NCBI GenBank assembly: GCA_037189525.1
Contig: JBBCJC010000005.1
Location: 1,088,001 to 1,152,000 of the forward strand
Length of the DNA stretch: 64,000 nt
Origin: Gemmatimonadales bacterium
GTDB lineage: Bacteria > Gemmatimonadota > Gemmatimonadetes > Gemmatimonadales > GWC2-71-9
Direction: 5' to 3'
Position numbers and translations under genes: made by a program. Below, in pieces: positions 27,594 to 37,601 of this stretch. Numbering within the stretch: the stretch's first letter is position 1; every line of letters starts with the position of its first letter. Below the pieces are notes generated by a model that did not search any database, was not told the origin of the DNA, and saw nothing but the letters and a program-made list of their open reading frames with translations.

Positions 27594-29068
27594 AGCTTGA
27601 TGCCCAGCTTGGGCCACATCGCATCGACCCGTTGTTTGGTCGCCGGATCCATTTCGATCAGCGGCGGCCACTCGCGCGTGAAGCCTTCTTCGGGCCACTT
27701 GCGGGTGCCGTCGATGCCCATCTTGCTGCCGAAACTGAATCCGCGGCTGGCGTGATCGAGCACATCGACCGGGCCCATGCTGAATCGCACGTCCCGCTCG
27801 GGATCGATGTTGTTGAGCGCAATCCACCAGGCTTCGTCGGGATCCTGCACGTTGACGTGTTTGTCGACCACGACGATCACCTTGGCCAGCGACATCAGCC
27901 CGGCGCCCCACATGGCATTCATCACCTTGTAGGCATGCCCCGGATACTGCTTGTCGATCGAGACGAAGACCAGGTTATGGAAGATGCCGCACGCCGGCAT
28001 GTGATAGTCGACGACTTCCGGCGTGGTCAGCTTGAGCAGCGGCAGGAAGATCCGCTCGGTCGCATGACCGAGATAATAGTCCTCCATCGGAGGCTTACCG
28101 ACCAGCGTGGCCGGATAGATCGGGTCCTTCCGCATGGTGACGCAGGTGATGTGCATCGCCGGGTAGTAGTCGGCCAGCGAATAGAAACCGGTGTGATCGC
28201 CGAACGGGCCTTCGAGTACCAGCGGCTCGGACGGATCGATGTACCCTTCGAGCACGATGTCGGCGTCGGCCGGCACTTCGAGATCGCAGGTGACAGCCTT
28301 GGCCAACTCGACCGGCGACTTGCGCAGGAAGCCGGCGAAGAGGAACTCGTCGATCATCGGCGGCAGCGGCGCCGACGCCGAGTACATGGCGGCGGGGTCG
28401 CCACCGAGCGCGATGACGACGGGCATCCGTTCGCCCTTTTCCGCCATTTCCCGCCAGTGCGCAGCGCCGACCTTATGCCGCTGCCAGTGCATGGCCACCG
28501 TGTTCTTGCCGGTAACCTGGACGCGGTACATGCCGACGTTGCGGATCCCCTTGCTGGGATCTTCCGTGATCACCATCGGGAAGGTGATGTACGGCCCGCC
28601 GTCATCCGGCCAGGTGGTGAGAATGGGCAGCGAGGACAAATCGACCTCGTCGCCCTGCATCACCACCGCCTGGCACGGTGGCCGGCCGCTCCGGGTCCGG
28701 GGCGGGAACTTGGCCACTTCGGCGAGTTTGGGAAGCATCGAGAGCTTCCCGAGCAGGCCGTCCGGCACCTTCAAGTTGAGCAGTTCGGAAATCCGGCCGC
28801 CGATCTCGTCCAGGCGCTCGACGCCGAGCGAAATGCCCATCCGCCGCATCGAGCCGAACAGATTGATGCCGACCGGCACCGGGCTGGTCTTTCCGTTGGC
28901 CAGCACCGGCTTCTCGAACAGCAGGGCCGGACCACCACCGGGGCTTTTCATGACCCGATCGGTGATTTCCGCCATTTCGAGCCGTACGTCGACCGGATGG
29001 GTAACCCGGACCAGTTCCCCCGCCCGCTCGATGTCCCGCACGAAGTCCCGCAACGTATCTATCGCCAT
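27590..29068 (-). CDS. ubiD: UbiD-family menaquinone biosynthesis decarboxylase (MqnL-like)
   Basis: GPALLFE, WPDDGGPYIT, RNVGMYR, EGPFGDHTGFY, GKPPMED, GSKMGIDGTRK. Confidence 0.95.
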   Translation of the reverse strand: MAIDTLRDFVRDIERAGELVRVTHPVDVRLEMAEITDRVMKSPGGGPALLFEKPVLANGKTSPVPVGINLFGSMRRMGISLGVERLDEIGGRISELLNLKVPDGLLGKLSMLPKLAEVAKFPPRTRSGRPPCQAVVMQGDEVDLSSLPILTTWPDDGGPYITFPMVITEDPSKGIRNVGMYRVQVTGKNTVAMHWQRHKVGAAHWREMAEKGERMPVVIALGGDPAAMYSASAPLPPMIDEFLFAGFLRKSPVELAKAVTCDLEVPADADIVLEGYIDPSEPLVLEGPFGDHTGFYSLADYYPAMHITCVTMRKDPIYPATLVGKPPMEDYYLGHATERIFLPLLKLTTPEVVDYHMPACGIFHNLVFVSIDKQYPGHAYKVMNAMWGAGLMSLAKVIVVVDKHVNVQDPDEAWWIALNNIDPERDVRFSMGPVDVLDHASRGFSFGSKMGIDGTRKWPEEGFTREWPPLIEMDPATKQRVDAMWPKLGIKL

Positions 29069-29219
29069 GCATCGCCCTGCCGGCAGCCGGCATTTTCGAT
29101 GGTGATTCGGATCTCATTGCCCACTCGGAAATATAGGCCCGAGGCGGGCTCCGGAGCACCTGTTCAGGCCGGTCCGCCCTACCCCTTCCCCACTCGGCAA
29201 ACCCGCTTGCTCGGCATGG

Positions 29220-30638
29220 TCAGAACAGCAACCCGGCAATCGTGGCCGACATGAAGTTGGCCAGGGTGCCCGCGAGCATGGCCCGGAAGCCCAGCCGAGC
29301 CAGGTCGGCCTTGCGGGTGGGCGCCAGCGCGCCGATGCCGCCGATCTGAATCCCGACCGAACTGATGTTGGCAAACCCCGCCAGCGCAAACGAGGCGATC
29401 ACGAACGAACGCGGATCGAGGGTCTCCTTGAGCGGGCCCAGCTGCGAGAATGCCACGAATTCATTGAGCACGGTCCTGGTGCCCAGCAAGCCACCGACGA
29501 CGCCCGCGTCCTGCCACGGCACGCCCATGACCCAGGCAATCGGCCGGCCCACCCAGGACAGAACGGTCTGGATGTTTTCGGGGAACCAGGGCAACCAGCC
29601 GTGGACGGCCCCCATGGCGCCGTTGGTGAGCGCAATCAGCGCGATGAACGAGATCAGCATCGCGATGACGTTGAGCATCAGGTGGAGACCCTCGCTCGTT
29701 CCGCGCGCGGCCGCATCGACGATGTTGACGTCGGTCTTGGGAATCTCGAGCTTGGTGGTGCCGTAGGTCTCCGGCGTTTCGGTTTCCGGTTCGAAGAGCT
29801 TGGCCATCATGATGGTGCCCGGCGCCGTCATGATCACGGCGGTGAGCAGATGCCGCGCTTCGATGCCGAACGCGATGTACGCGGCCATGATCGAGCCGGA
29901 GATGTGGGCCATCCCCGAGGTCATCACCGTCATCAGCTCCGACCGGGTCAGCCGCGCCAGAAAGGGCCGGATGGTGAGGGGCGCTTCGGTCTGCCCCATG
30001 AAGATCGAGGCGGCGACGTTGAGGCTCTCCGCCCCGCTCGCACCGAGGATCCGGCTCATCACGACCGCAAAGGCGCGCACGATCAGCTGCATCACGCCCA
30101 GGTAGTACATGATGGCAAAGAGCGCCGAGACGAAAATGATTGCCGGGAGGATCTGGAGGGCGAAGATGACGCCCAGACTCGAATTCGGTTTGCCCAGTTC
30201 GCCAAAGACGAATTCGGAGCCGGCGTAGGAATAGTGGAGGATCGAGGTGACGATATCGCCCAGCCGGCGGAAGAGTTGCTGGCCGAGCGGGACCCGGAGC
30301 ACGAAGATCGCGAAGAGCACCTGGAGGCCGAAGCCCCAGGCGATCACCTTCCAGCGGATCGACCGGCGCTGGGACGACATGGCGTAGCCGATGCCCAGAA
30401 TGACCACGATGCCCAGGAGCCCGACCAGGCGGGAGGCCAGCGGGACCGGGGCCGGTGGCGCAGCCTGGACCGCCTCAGACAGCTGCACCGGCGGGGCTAT
30501 GACCGTGACCGGCTGCTCCTGCCCGGCCAGCGAGGACAGACCCCGCCCCGCCATTCCGGGCAGGGTCCAGGACGCCACCGAGACGACCACCAGACACAAC
30601 AGTGCCGCCACCCAACCCCGCAGGCGCGATCCGGCCAT
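29220..30638 (-). CDS. nupC: Concentrative nucleoside transporter (NupC family)
   Basis: GSEFVFG, LPAIIFVSAL, IFMGQTEAP, GMAHISGS, LNEFVAF, ALAGFANISS. Confidence 0.93.
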   Translation of the reverse strand: MAGSRLRGWVAALLCLVVVSVASWTLPGMAGRGLSSLAGQEQPVTVIAPPVQLSEAVQAAPPAPVPLASRLVGLLGIVVILGIGYAMSSQRRSIRWKVIAWGFGLQVLFAIFVLRVPLGQQLFRRLGDIVTSILHYSYAGSEFVFGELGKPNSSLGVIFALQILPAIIFVSALFAIMYYLGVMQLIVRAFAVVMSRILGASGAESLNVAASIFMGQTEAPLTIRPFLARLTRSELMTVMTSGMAHISGSIMAAYIAFGIEARHLLTAVIMTAPGTIMMAKLFEPETETPETYGTTKLEIPKTDVNIVDAAARGTSEGLHLMLNVIAMLISFIALIALTNGAMGAVHGWLPWFPENIQTVLSWVGRPIAWVMGVPWQDAGVVGGLLGTRTVLNEFVAFSQLGPLKETLDPRSFVIASFALAGFANISSVGIQIGGIGALAPTRKADLARLGFRAMLAGTLANFMSATIAGLLF

Positions 30639-30776
30639 TGGCCCGCTCCATGTAAACGTGAAGTTCCGACCCGTCGATCCGAGGGGGCTCCGTCGCCCGC
30701 CTGCCGACCGCGAGATTAACTTGCTCTAGTTTCCGCGATCCGCAACGTCGTCCGACCCGAATCCGGAGCCCGCTCC

Positions 30777-32261
30777 GTGTCAACGATCGATCTCGTCGTC
30801 GTCCTGGTCTACCTTGCGGTGTCCATCGGCATCGGCCTCTGGCTGGCCCGATCCCAGACAACTGCCGGCGAGTACTTCCTAGGCGCCAGAAACCTGCCGA
30901 CCTGGGCCATCCTGCTCTCCATCGTCTCGACAGAGACATCGGCCCTGACGGTCATTTCGGTGCCTGGTATCGGGGCCCGGGGCGACCTGACCTTTCTGCA
31001 GCTGGCCATCGGCTACCTGGTCGGCAGGTTTCTGGTGGCTGCCTGGCTGTTGCCAGGGTACTTCCGGGGCGACCAGGAAACCGCCTATGAGCGGATCGAG
31101 AACCGCTTCGGCCCCCGGACCCGTCAGGTGACCTCGCTCGTCTTCATCGTCACCCGAGCCCTCGGCGACGCGGTCCGCGTCTTTGCCAGCGCCATCCCGA
31201 TGGCGATCGTGACCGGCTGGAGTATTCCCACCTCGATCCTGGCCATCGGCATCATCACGCTGATCTATACCTGGTTCGGCGGGTTCAAGGCGGTGGTCTG
31301 GACCGACGTGATGCAGCTGTCGGTCTATGTGGCGGGCGGAGTCGGGGCGCTCTGGATTGCCTGGAGCCTGGCCGGTGGCCCCGGGGAGTCGCTGGCGCTG
31401 TCCGCCGCCGCAAACAAGCTGCGAGTTTTCGACTTCTCATTCAACTTCACCTCGACCTACACCTTCATCGGAGGGCTGGTCGGGGGCGCGATGCTGTCGG
31501 CCGCTTCGCACGGGACCGACCATCTCATCGTGCAGCGCCTGCTGGCCTCCAGTTCGCTCGGCGCGGCCCGAAAAGCTCTGGTCGGCTCCGGCATCGTGGT
31601 CATCCTCCAGTTCCTGCTGTTCCTGCTGGTCGGCTCCGCACTCTGGGCTGCCAACCTGGCGCCGACCGACCAGCCGGCCGATCAACTGTTCCCGCGGTTC
31701 ATCGTCGACCATCTCCCGGTCGGCCTGGCGGGACTGGTGGTGGCCGGCATTCTGGCCGCCGCGATGGGAACCCACAGCTCGGCCATCAACTCGATGGCGT
31801 CGTCAGCTACGCACGATCTCTACGCCGGCATGACCGGCCGGAAAGACCCGAAGCATCTGCTGACCGTCGGACGGTTTTTCTCGGCTGCCTGGGGCATCAT
31901 CCTGATGTTCGGGGCTCTGTTCTTTCACTACTACAGCAAGAACAACGACTCGCCGGTGGTGGTGCTCGCGCTGTCCATTGCGTCGATTACGTACGGCGGC
32001 CTGCTGGGGATCTACATCCTGGCCGCGATCAATCGCCATGTGCAGGGTCGGGATGTCATCGGGGCGCTGACTGTGACCGTCTTCGTGATGCTGGTGGTGG
32101 TCTTTGCCAAACCGATTGCCGCCGCGACCGGATCCGCGTGGCTGGCCACGGTCGGCACGCTGGCCTGGCCGTGGTACGTGCCGCTGGGCACCTTGCTGAC
32201 CATGGCGGTGGGGTCCTTGCTGCGCTACCTGCCGCGCTCGACCGCCGAGGCGGTGGGCTGA
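30777..32261 (+). CDS. Sodium:solute symporter family protein
   Basis: EYFLGARNLP, SIVSTETSALT, GGFKAVVWTDVMQ, GTDHLIVQRLL, GILAAAM; about 13 TM segments. Confidence 0.92.
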   Translation: MSTIDLVVVLVYLAVSIGIGLWLARSQTTAGEYFLGARNLPTWAILLSIVSTETSALTVISVPGIGARGDLTFLQLAIGYLVGRFLVAAWLLPGYFRGDQETAYERIENRFGPRTRQVTSLVFIVTRALGDAVRVFASAIPMAIVTGWSIPTSILAIGIITLIYTWFGGFKAVVWTDVMQLSVYVAGGVGALWIAWSLAGGPGESLALSAAANKLRVFDFSFNFTSTYTFIGGLVGGAMLSAASHGTDHLIVQRLLASSSLGAARKALVGSGIVVILQFLLFLLVGSALWAANLAPTDQPADQLFPRFIVDHLPVGLAGLVVAGILAAAMGTHSSAINSMASSATHDLYAGMTGRKDPKHLLTVGRFFSAAWGIILMFGALFFHYYSKNNDSPVVVLALSIASITYGGLLGIYILAAINRHVQGRDVIGALTVTVFVMLVVVFAKPIAAATGSAWLATVGTLAWPWYVPLGTLLTMAVGSLLRYLPRSTAEAVG

Positions 32262-32268
32262 ACGGACC

Positions 32269-33579
32269 ATGACGGCCCTCGCACCCAACGACGCGCCCCC
32301 CGGGGGACGTGCCGTGGCGCCGCCTCCGGCGCCCATGCCACCGATCCTCGACGACGCGACCCGGCAGCGCAATCTCGATCGGATGAAACGGCGCGCCTCG
32401 GCGCTGCTGGTGGTGTCGGCCGGTGTATTCCTGGTCGCCAGCTACTACGAGCATGCCGCGGTCTGGATCGGCTACCTGCGCGCAACCGCCGAGGCGGCGG
32501 TGATCGGTGGCTTGGCGGACTGGTTTGCGGTGACGGCGCTGTTCCGGCATCCGCTGGGCATTCCGATTCCCCACACGGCAATCCTGCCCAGCAAGAAGGA
32601 TCGACTGGGGCGCACACTCGGCAATTTCGTCCAGAACCATTTCCTCTCGCGGGACGTCCTGGCCGACCGGCTCCGCTCGCTGCGCCTGGCGGAACGCGCC
32701 GCCCGTTGGCTCTGCGAACCGGAGAACAGCCGCCAGATTGCCCGGCAAGTCGCGAGCGGGCTGGGCAAGGCGGTCGAGGCGTTGCCGGATGCGGAGATCA
32801 AGGCGCTGATTCACCGCGCCGTGGTCGATCGGCTGCGCGCTACGCAGGTAGCACCGATGCTGGGCAGCGCGCTGACGCTGGTCCGGAGCGGCAACAAGCA
32901 TCAGGATCTCCTGAGCGAGGCGGTTCGGATCGCGGCGCGGGCGCTCGACGAAAACCGCGAGAGCATCCGCGAGTCGGTCAAATCGAAGAGCCCGTGGTGG
33001 ATTCCCGGGGTGGTCGACAACAAGATCTACGGCCGGATCGTGGTGGGCGTCGAAACGATGCTCGACGAGATCCGGAGCGACCCGGACCATCCGATGCGGG
33101 CCAAGTTCGACGAGGCGCTGGATCGGTTCGTCGACCAGCTGCAGACCTCGCCCGAGACGATTGCCAAAGCCGAGGCGCTCAAGGAACAGGTGCTGACGGG
33201 GCCGATGGTCGAGGAGTTCACCACCTGGCTCTGGGAACACCTGCGCGCGGCGGCGGTGTCAAAGGCCACCGACCCGGAATCGCCCTCGGCGCTGGAACGG
33301 GGTATCGAAGCCTTTGGCCGGTCATTGCAGGGCAATCAGGCCATGATGGACCGGATCGATGATTTCCTAGTCGAACGGGCGCTGGGGGCGGTCGAGCAGT
33401 ACCGGGGCGAGGCCGCGGACCTGATTGCGCACACGGTGGCCAGGTGGGACCCGGCGGTCACGTCACGCCGGATCGAGCTGGCCATTGGGCGGGATCTCCA
33501 GTTCATCCGCATCAACGGCACCCTGGTCGGTGGCCTGCTCGGTCTCCTGATTCATACCATCAAAGAGCTGCTCAAATAG
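32269..33579 (+). CDS. DUF445 family membrane protein
   Basis: AEAAVIGGLADWFAVTALFRHPLGIPIPHTAI and C-terminal GRDLQFIRINGTLVGG. Confidence 0.92.
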   Translation: MTALAPNDAPPGGRAVAPPPAPMPPILDDATRQRNLDRMKRRASALLVVSAGVFLVASYYEHAAVWIGYLRATAEAAVIGGLADWFAVTALFRHPLGIPIPHTAILPSKKDRLGRTLGNFVQNHFLSRDVLADRLRSLRLAERAARWLCEPENSRQIARQVASGLGKAVEALPDAEIKALIHRAVVDRLRATQVAPMLGSALTLVRSGNKHQDLLSEAVRIAARALDENRESIRESVKSKSPWWIPGVVDNKIYGRIVVGVETMLDEIRSDPDHPMRAKFDEALDRFVDQLQTSPETIAKAEALKEQVLTGPMVEEFTTWLWEHLRAAAVSKATDPESPSALERGIEAFGRSLQGNQAMMDRIDDFLVERALGAVEQYRGEAADLIAHTVARWDPAVTSRRIELAIGRDLQFIRINGTLVGGLLGLLIHTIKELLK

Positions 33580-33593
33580 CAGCGCCTCTTGTA

Positions 33594-34328
33594 TCAGCGG
33601 TCCAGCCGTACTCCGGCATGGATGGCGCAAATTCCCCCCAGCAGCAGCTTGACTTTGACCGGCGCAAATCCGGCCCGTTCCATCTTGGCGGCGAGCTCCG
33701 GCGGCTCGGGGAACGCCAGAACGGACTCTGGCAGGTAGGTGTAGGCATCTCTATGTTTCGAGATGAGGCGTCCGATGAACGGCAGGATGCGTCGGAAGTA
33801 GAAGAAGTACATGCCCCTGAGGGGCTGGCGCGGCGGCGTGGTGAACTCGAGGATGACGAGCCGGGCGCCGGGCTTGAGGACGCGAGCCGCTTCGCGAAGG
33901 CCGCCGTCGAGGTCCATCAGATTGCGGACCCCGAAGCCGACCGTGGCACCGTCGAACGCCCGATCGGGAAACGGCAGCTCCAGGGCGTCGGCCGTGACCG
34001 GAACGACCGCGGCCGATTTGTCGCGTCCGCGCTCCAGCATGGGTTTGACGAAGTCGGCGCCCATTACCCGCCCGCCGAACCCGGGGTGGTTACCCAGGGC
34101 GGCCGCCAGATCGAGGGTTCCGGCGCACAGGTCCAGATAGGTCCCGGCCGGTTTGGATTCCCACCCGAGTTCCGCCACGGCGGACCGGCGCCACCGTTTA
34201 TCGATATTGAGGCTGAGCAGGTGATTGAGCAGATCGTAGCGCGGCGCAATGGCCGTGAAGATGCCCCGAACGTAGGCGCGCTTTTCGGCCCCACCGGAAA
34301 CCGGTAATTCTTTGTCCGTGACGATCAT
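33594..34328 (-). CDS. ubiE: Demethylmenaquinone/ubiquinone methyltransferase (UbiE/MenG)
   Basis: IAPRYDLLNHLLS, LDLCAGT, DALELPFPD, FGVRN, RVLKPG, AYTYLPESV. Confidence 0.94.
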   Translation of the reverse strand: MIVTDKELPVSGGAEKRAYVRGIFTAIAPRYDLLNHLLSLNIDKRWRRSAVAELGWESKPAGTYLDLCAGTLDLAAALGNHPGFGGRVMGADFVKPMLERGRDKSAAVVPVTADALELPFPDRAFDGATVGFGVRNLMDLDGGLREAARVLKPGARLVILEFTTPPRQPLRGMYFFYFRRILPFIGRLISKHRDAYTYLPESVLAFPEPPELAAKMERAGFAPVKVKLLLGGICAIHAGVRLDR

Positions 34329-34375
34329 AGCGTGTCAAATTCGTCGGCTCGGAACGTGAACGCAACCGGCCGCCC

Positions 34376-34984
34376 GTGACACTCCGTCCCGGCTCGCTAC
34401 GTGAGCATACCGACCAGGAGGTCGTCGCCCTTGCCAAGGACGGGCGGGACGAAGCCTACCGTGAACTGATCCGCCGCTACGAGCGCCCGGTCTTTTCGCT
34501 GATTTTCCGGATGGTGCGGAATCGGGAACTGGCGGAAGATCTTTGCCAGGAAACGTTCATCAAGGTCCTGAACGCGGTGCAGTCGTATCGCCCCGAGTAC
34601 AAGTTCTCGTCCTGGGTCTTCAAGATCGCGAACAACGCCGCCATCGATCATCTCCGCAAACGTGAGCTGGACACGCTTTCGCTCGAAGGTTCCCCGCACG
34701 CCGATACGCCCGAACTGGTCGAAGCGACCGCGCTGCAGATTTCCGAGCGGGGTGAGAACCAACTGCAGGAGGTCGAGAACCGCGAACTCGGCAGTACGAT
34801 CGAAACGGCGATCGGGCGGCTCAGGCCCGAGTATCGCTCATGCATCCTGCTGCGCCATGTCGAGGGACGCAGCTATGAAGAAATCGCAGAAATTCTGAAC
34901 CTGCCGCTGGGTACCGTGAAGACCTATATCCATCGCGCACGTAACGAACTGCGGGTCTCGCTCAAAGACCTACGTAACGAATAG
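34376..34984 (+). CDS. ECF RNA polymerase sigma factor (SigW/RpoE-like)
   Basis: AEDLCQETF, KFSSWVFKIANN, SYEEIAEILNLPLGTVKTYIHRAR. Confidence 0.93.
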   Translation: MTLRPGSLREHTDQEVVALAKDGRDEAYRELIRRYERPVFSLIFRMVRNRELAEDLCQETFIKVLNAVQSYRPEYKFSSWVFKIANNAAIDHLRKRELDTLSLEGSPHADTPELVEATALQISERGENQLQEVENRELGSTIETAIGRLRPEYRSCILLRHVEGRSYEEIAEILNLPLGTVKTYIHRARNELRVSLKDLRNE

Positions 34985-35030
34985 CAACGCTGAAACTCCG
35001 CCTGCGATGCCGCCGTACAGAGGGTCGACT

Positions 35031-35594
35031 ATGACATGGCCGACGAAGCACCTCACCGCCGATGACCTGGACGCGTTCCACTCTGGATCGCCCGGTCGAG
35101 AGATGAAGTTGCATCTCGAAACATGCACCGAATGCCGAGATTTGGTTGCACTGGATCAGCGCGTTCTCGGCATGATGGCGGCCATGCCCAGCTTGGCCCC
35201 GTCGGCGCAGCTGGCCGATCGCATCATGGCGCGGGTCCAGGTTTCATCGCGGTCCGTGCCGGTGCTGTCATATCCCGCCCTGACCCGTCGCCGGCTGGGC
35301 GCAATTGCCGCCACGGTTGCCGGGATGGCCGCGAGCGTCGCGTGGACCAGCGCCAACCGTACGCTGCTCGATGGCTGGTTGACCCGCACCGGCGACACGC
35401 TGATTGCCTGGGGTCTCGACCGCTGGAACAACGGGGTGGCACTGCTGACCTCGGAGCCGTGGTTCGAAACGCTGCGCATCGTCTCGGGTACGCCGGCTCG
35501 GCTGGCGCTGATCGGCGTGGCGGCCCTGATGCTCTATGGCGCCGGCATCGTGGCGCTCCGACGGCTCGTCACCCCGGCCAACCACTCCGCCTGA
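35031..35594 (+). CDS. Zinc-binding (ZAS) transmembrane anti-sigma factor
   Basis: HLETCTEC (HxxxCxxC) and two hydrophobic segments; directly downstream of the ECF sigma. Confidence 0.78.
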   Translation: MTWPTKHLTADDLDAFHSGSPGREMKLHLETCTECRDLVALDQRVLGMMAAMPSLAPSAQLADRIMARVQVSSRSVPVLSYPALTRRRLGAIAATVAGMAASVAWTSANRTLLDGWLTRTGDTLIAWGLDRWNNGVALLTSEPWFETLRIVSGTPARLALIGVAALMLYGAGIVALRRLVTPANHSA

Positions 35595-35596
35595 TC

Positions 35597-36808
35597 GTGC
35601 TGCGCGTCTTCGCTCTCCTGGTCCTGCTCGGTACGCATACTTCGACGCTGCACGCCGTGCCCGACCAGCGAGGCGGGCGCTTCGTCGATTACGTCCGCGA
35701 TCAGCTGTTGCCGAATCTCGGCCTGACCTGGAACGAAGTTGCTCCGCAGCCGGTGGCCGACGATCCGGCCGCTCCGGTCGTCGAGCTCGATACGATCGAC
35801 GATCCGCTGGCGCTCGAACGCCAGCTCCGCAGCCTGGTCAAAGCGCCGTACGCTTCGGTTCGTCTCCGGACGCCGGACGGGTACGCCCACGTCGGCAACT
35901 TCAGCGTGGGGTCGAGCGAATCGCTCAAATCGAACGTGCTGGTCATCGGCGGCCGAGCCGACGTCTATGGACGGGTAGCCGGGAACGTGGTGACACTCGA
36001 CGGCAACGTGCTACTGCATCGCGGCAGCGCCGTCACGGGCGACGTGATTGCGTACGCCGGCCGGATCACCAATCTTGGCGGCGACGTGGGTGGCCGGAGC
36101 CTGACCTTCCCCACGGTGCAGTCCACCACGGTTTCGGCGCCCGCCAGTCCCGTGGTCCGGACCGCGACGAACGCCGCCGGTGTCATCGGCACCTTCCTGA
36201 CCCTCGGCCTGATCGGCTTCGGCCTGGTCCTCTTCGGCAAGCCCAATCTCGAGACGGTGTCCGATACGGTCAGCCACAGCTTCTTCCGGTCGTTCGTGGT
36301 CGGACTCCTGTCGCAGGTCCTGATCGTACCAACCTTCGGGATGCTGGTGGTGGGGCTGGTTCTGAGCGTGGTGGGCGTGCTGCTGGTGCCGTTCGTGATT
36401 GCGGTTTACGCGCTCCTGGTCATCGCGGGAATCGTCGGCGGGTTCCTGGCCGTAGCGCACGCAATGGGAGAGACCCATGCGCGGCGCCGGATGGCGCACG
36501 GCGTGAAGATCTCGCCCAACAGCTTCCGGTACCTGGCGGTCGGGCTCGGGTCGGTGGCGGCGGTGTGGCTGGCGTGGGTGCTGTTCGGCTGGGTACCCCT
36601 CGCGGGGTCGCTCATTTTCGGCTGCGCGGCGCTGGCGACCTGGCTCCTGGCCACGGTAGGGCTCGGCGCTTGCCTCCTGAGCCGAGCGGGGATCCGGCCG
36701 GCCTTTGCGGGCCGCTATCTGCCGGAAGAAATGCTGACCGACGAGTATCTCTGGGCCACACCGCAGCACGGCGTTCCGGCCGTGAAACGTCCGGTCAAAG
36801 GCCAGTAA
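35597..36808 (+). CDS. Membrane protein with bactofilin/polymer-forming-like beta-repeat region
   Basis: Signal-like N-terminus, 'VLVIGGRADVYGRVAGNVVTLDGNVLLHRGSAVTGDVIAYAG' beta-helix repeats, several C-terminal TM helices. Confidence 0.72.
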   Translation: MLRVFALLVLLGTHTSTLHAVPDQRGGRFVDYVRDQLLPNLGLTWNEVAPQPVADDPAAPVVELDTIDDPLALERQLRSLVKAPYASVRLRTPDGYAHVGNFSVGSSESLKSNVLVIGGRADVYGRVAGNVVTLDGNVLLHRGSAVTGDVIAYAGRITNLGGDVGGRSLTFPTVQSTTVSAPASPVVRTATNAAGVIGTFLTLGLIGFGLVLFGKPNLETVSDTVSHSFFRSFVVGLLSQVLIVPTFGMLVVGLVLSVVGVLLVPFVIAVYALLVIAGIVGGFLAVAHAMGETHARRRMAHGVKISPNSFRYLAVGLGSVAAVWLAWVLFGWVPLAGSLIFGCAALATWLLATVGLGACLLSRAGIRPAFAGRYLPEEMLTDEYLWATPQHGVPAVKRPVKGQ

Positions 36809-36877
36809 GCTCCCATCTCATATCGCGTTCGCGGAACGGGAGAACAGCCCCGCCGTGCCGCCCCCTGCAGGCCCCTG

Positions 36878-37360
36878 CTATGCCGTCTGTGTCAGCGGAG
36901 CACGAATCGCCTTCGCCAGCGCGTCATACTCGACCTCGGTGAGCAGCGTGCGAGGCATCTCCGCCAACGTGGTCGTGTAGATCGGACCACCCCAGCGAGG
37001 GTCCGTCCGATAGCGAGGCACGAGATGCCAATGCAGGTGCGGCACCACGTTGCCCAAGCTGGCATAGTTCATGAGATCGGGATGGCACACCGTCGTGATC
37101 GCTTGAGCGGCGCGTCGGAGGTCCGCCATGAAAGCCACGAACTCTTCCGAGGTAAGACTCTCGAGACCAACCGCGTGCCGGCGATCGAAGACCAGCTGTG
37201 AATGGCCCCGGTAGGTTTGATTCCGATCGAGATAGAGAGTCGATACGCTGAGCGTGTGAATCTTCAACCAGAACGGCGTGTCGTCCGATCGTGGAGCGCA
37301 GAGCGGGCAATCCACGCCGGCAACGGACACCTCCCAGGATTCGGTGGTCTGATTCGTCAT
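36878..37360 (-). CDS. HIT family hydrolase
   Basis: CPLC, NYASLGNVVPHLHWHLVPRY (HxHxH triad). Confidence 0.92.
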   Translation of the reverse strand: MTNQTTESWEVSVAGVDCPLCAPRSDDTPFWLKIHTLSVSTLYLDRNQTYRGHSQLVFDRRHAVGLESLTSEEFVAFMADLRRAAQAITTVCHPDLMNYASLGNVVPHLHWHLVPRYRTDPRWGGPIYTTTLAEMPRTLLTEVEYDALAKAIRAPLTQTA

Positions 37361-37601
37361 CTCGTTGGGATTTGGGTATGCAGCATCACGACTCTGGGGT
37401 TCAGCGGCAGCCGTCACGGAGCCGAGCGGCCGCGCCATCTTCCAACCAACATGGGGGCGCGGCCGCGCCTCCGCAAACCGGCACCCCGCCAGCAGCGAGA
37501 ACGAGGACGGGCTCTTCCGGCAGTACGTACGGAAGCGCACCTCGATGGAGCCCCTGACTCATCGCGGACAAACTCAACCGCCGGCCGACGCATCACCACG
37601 C

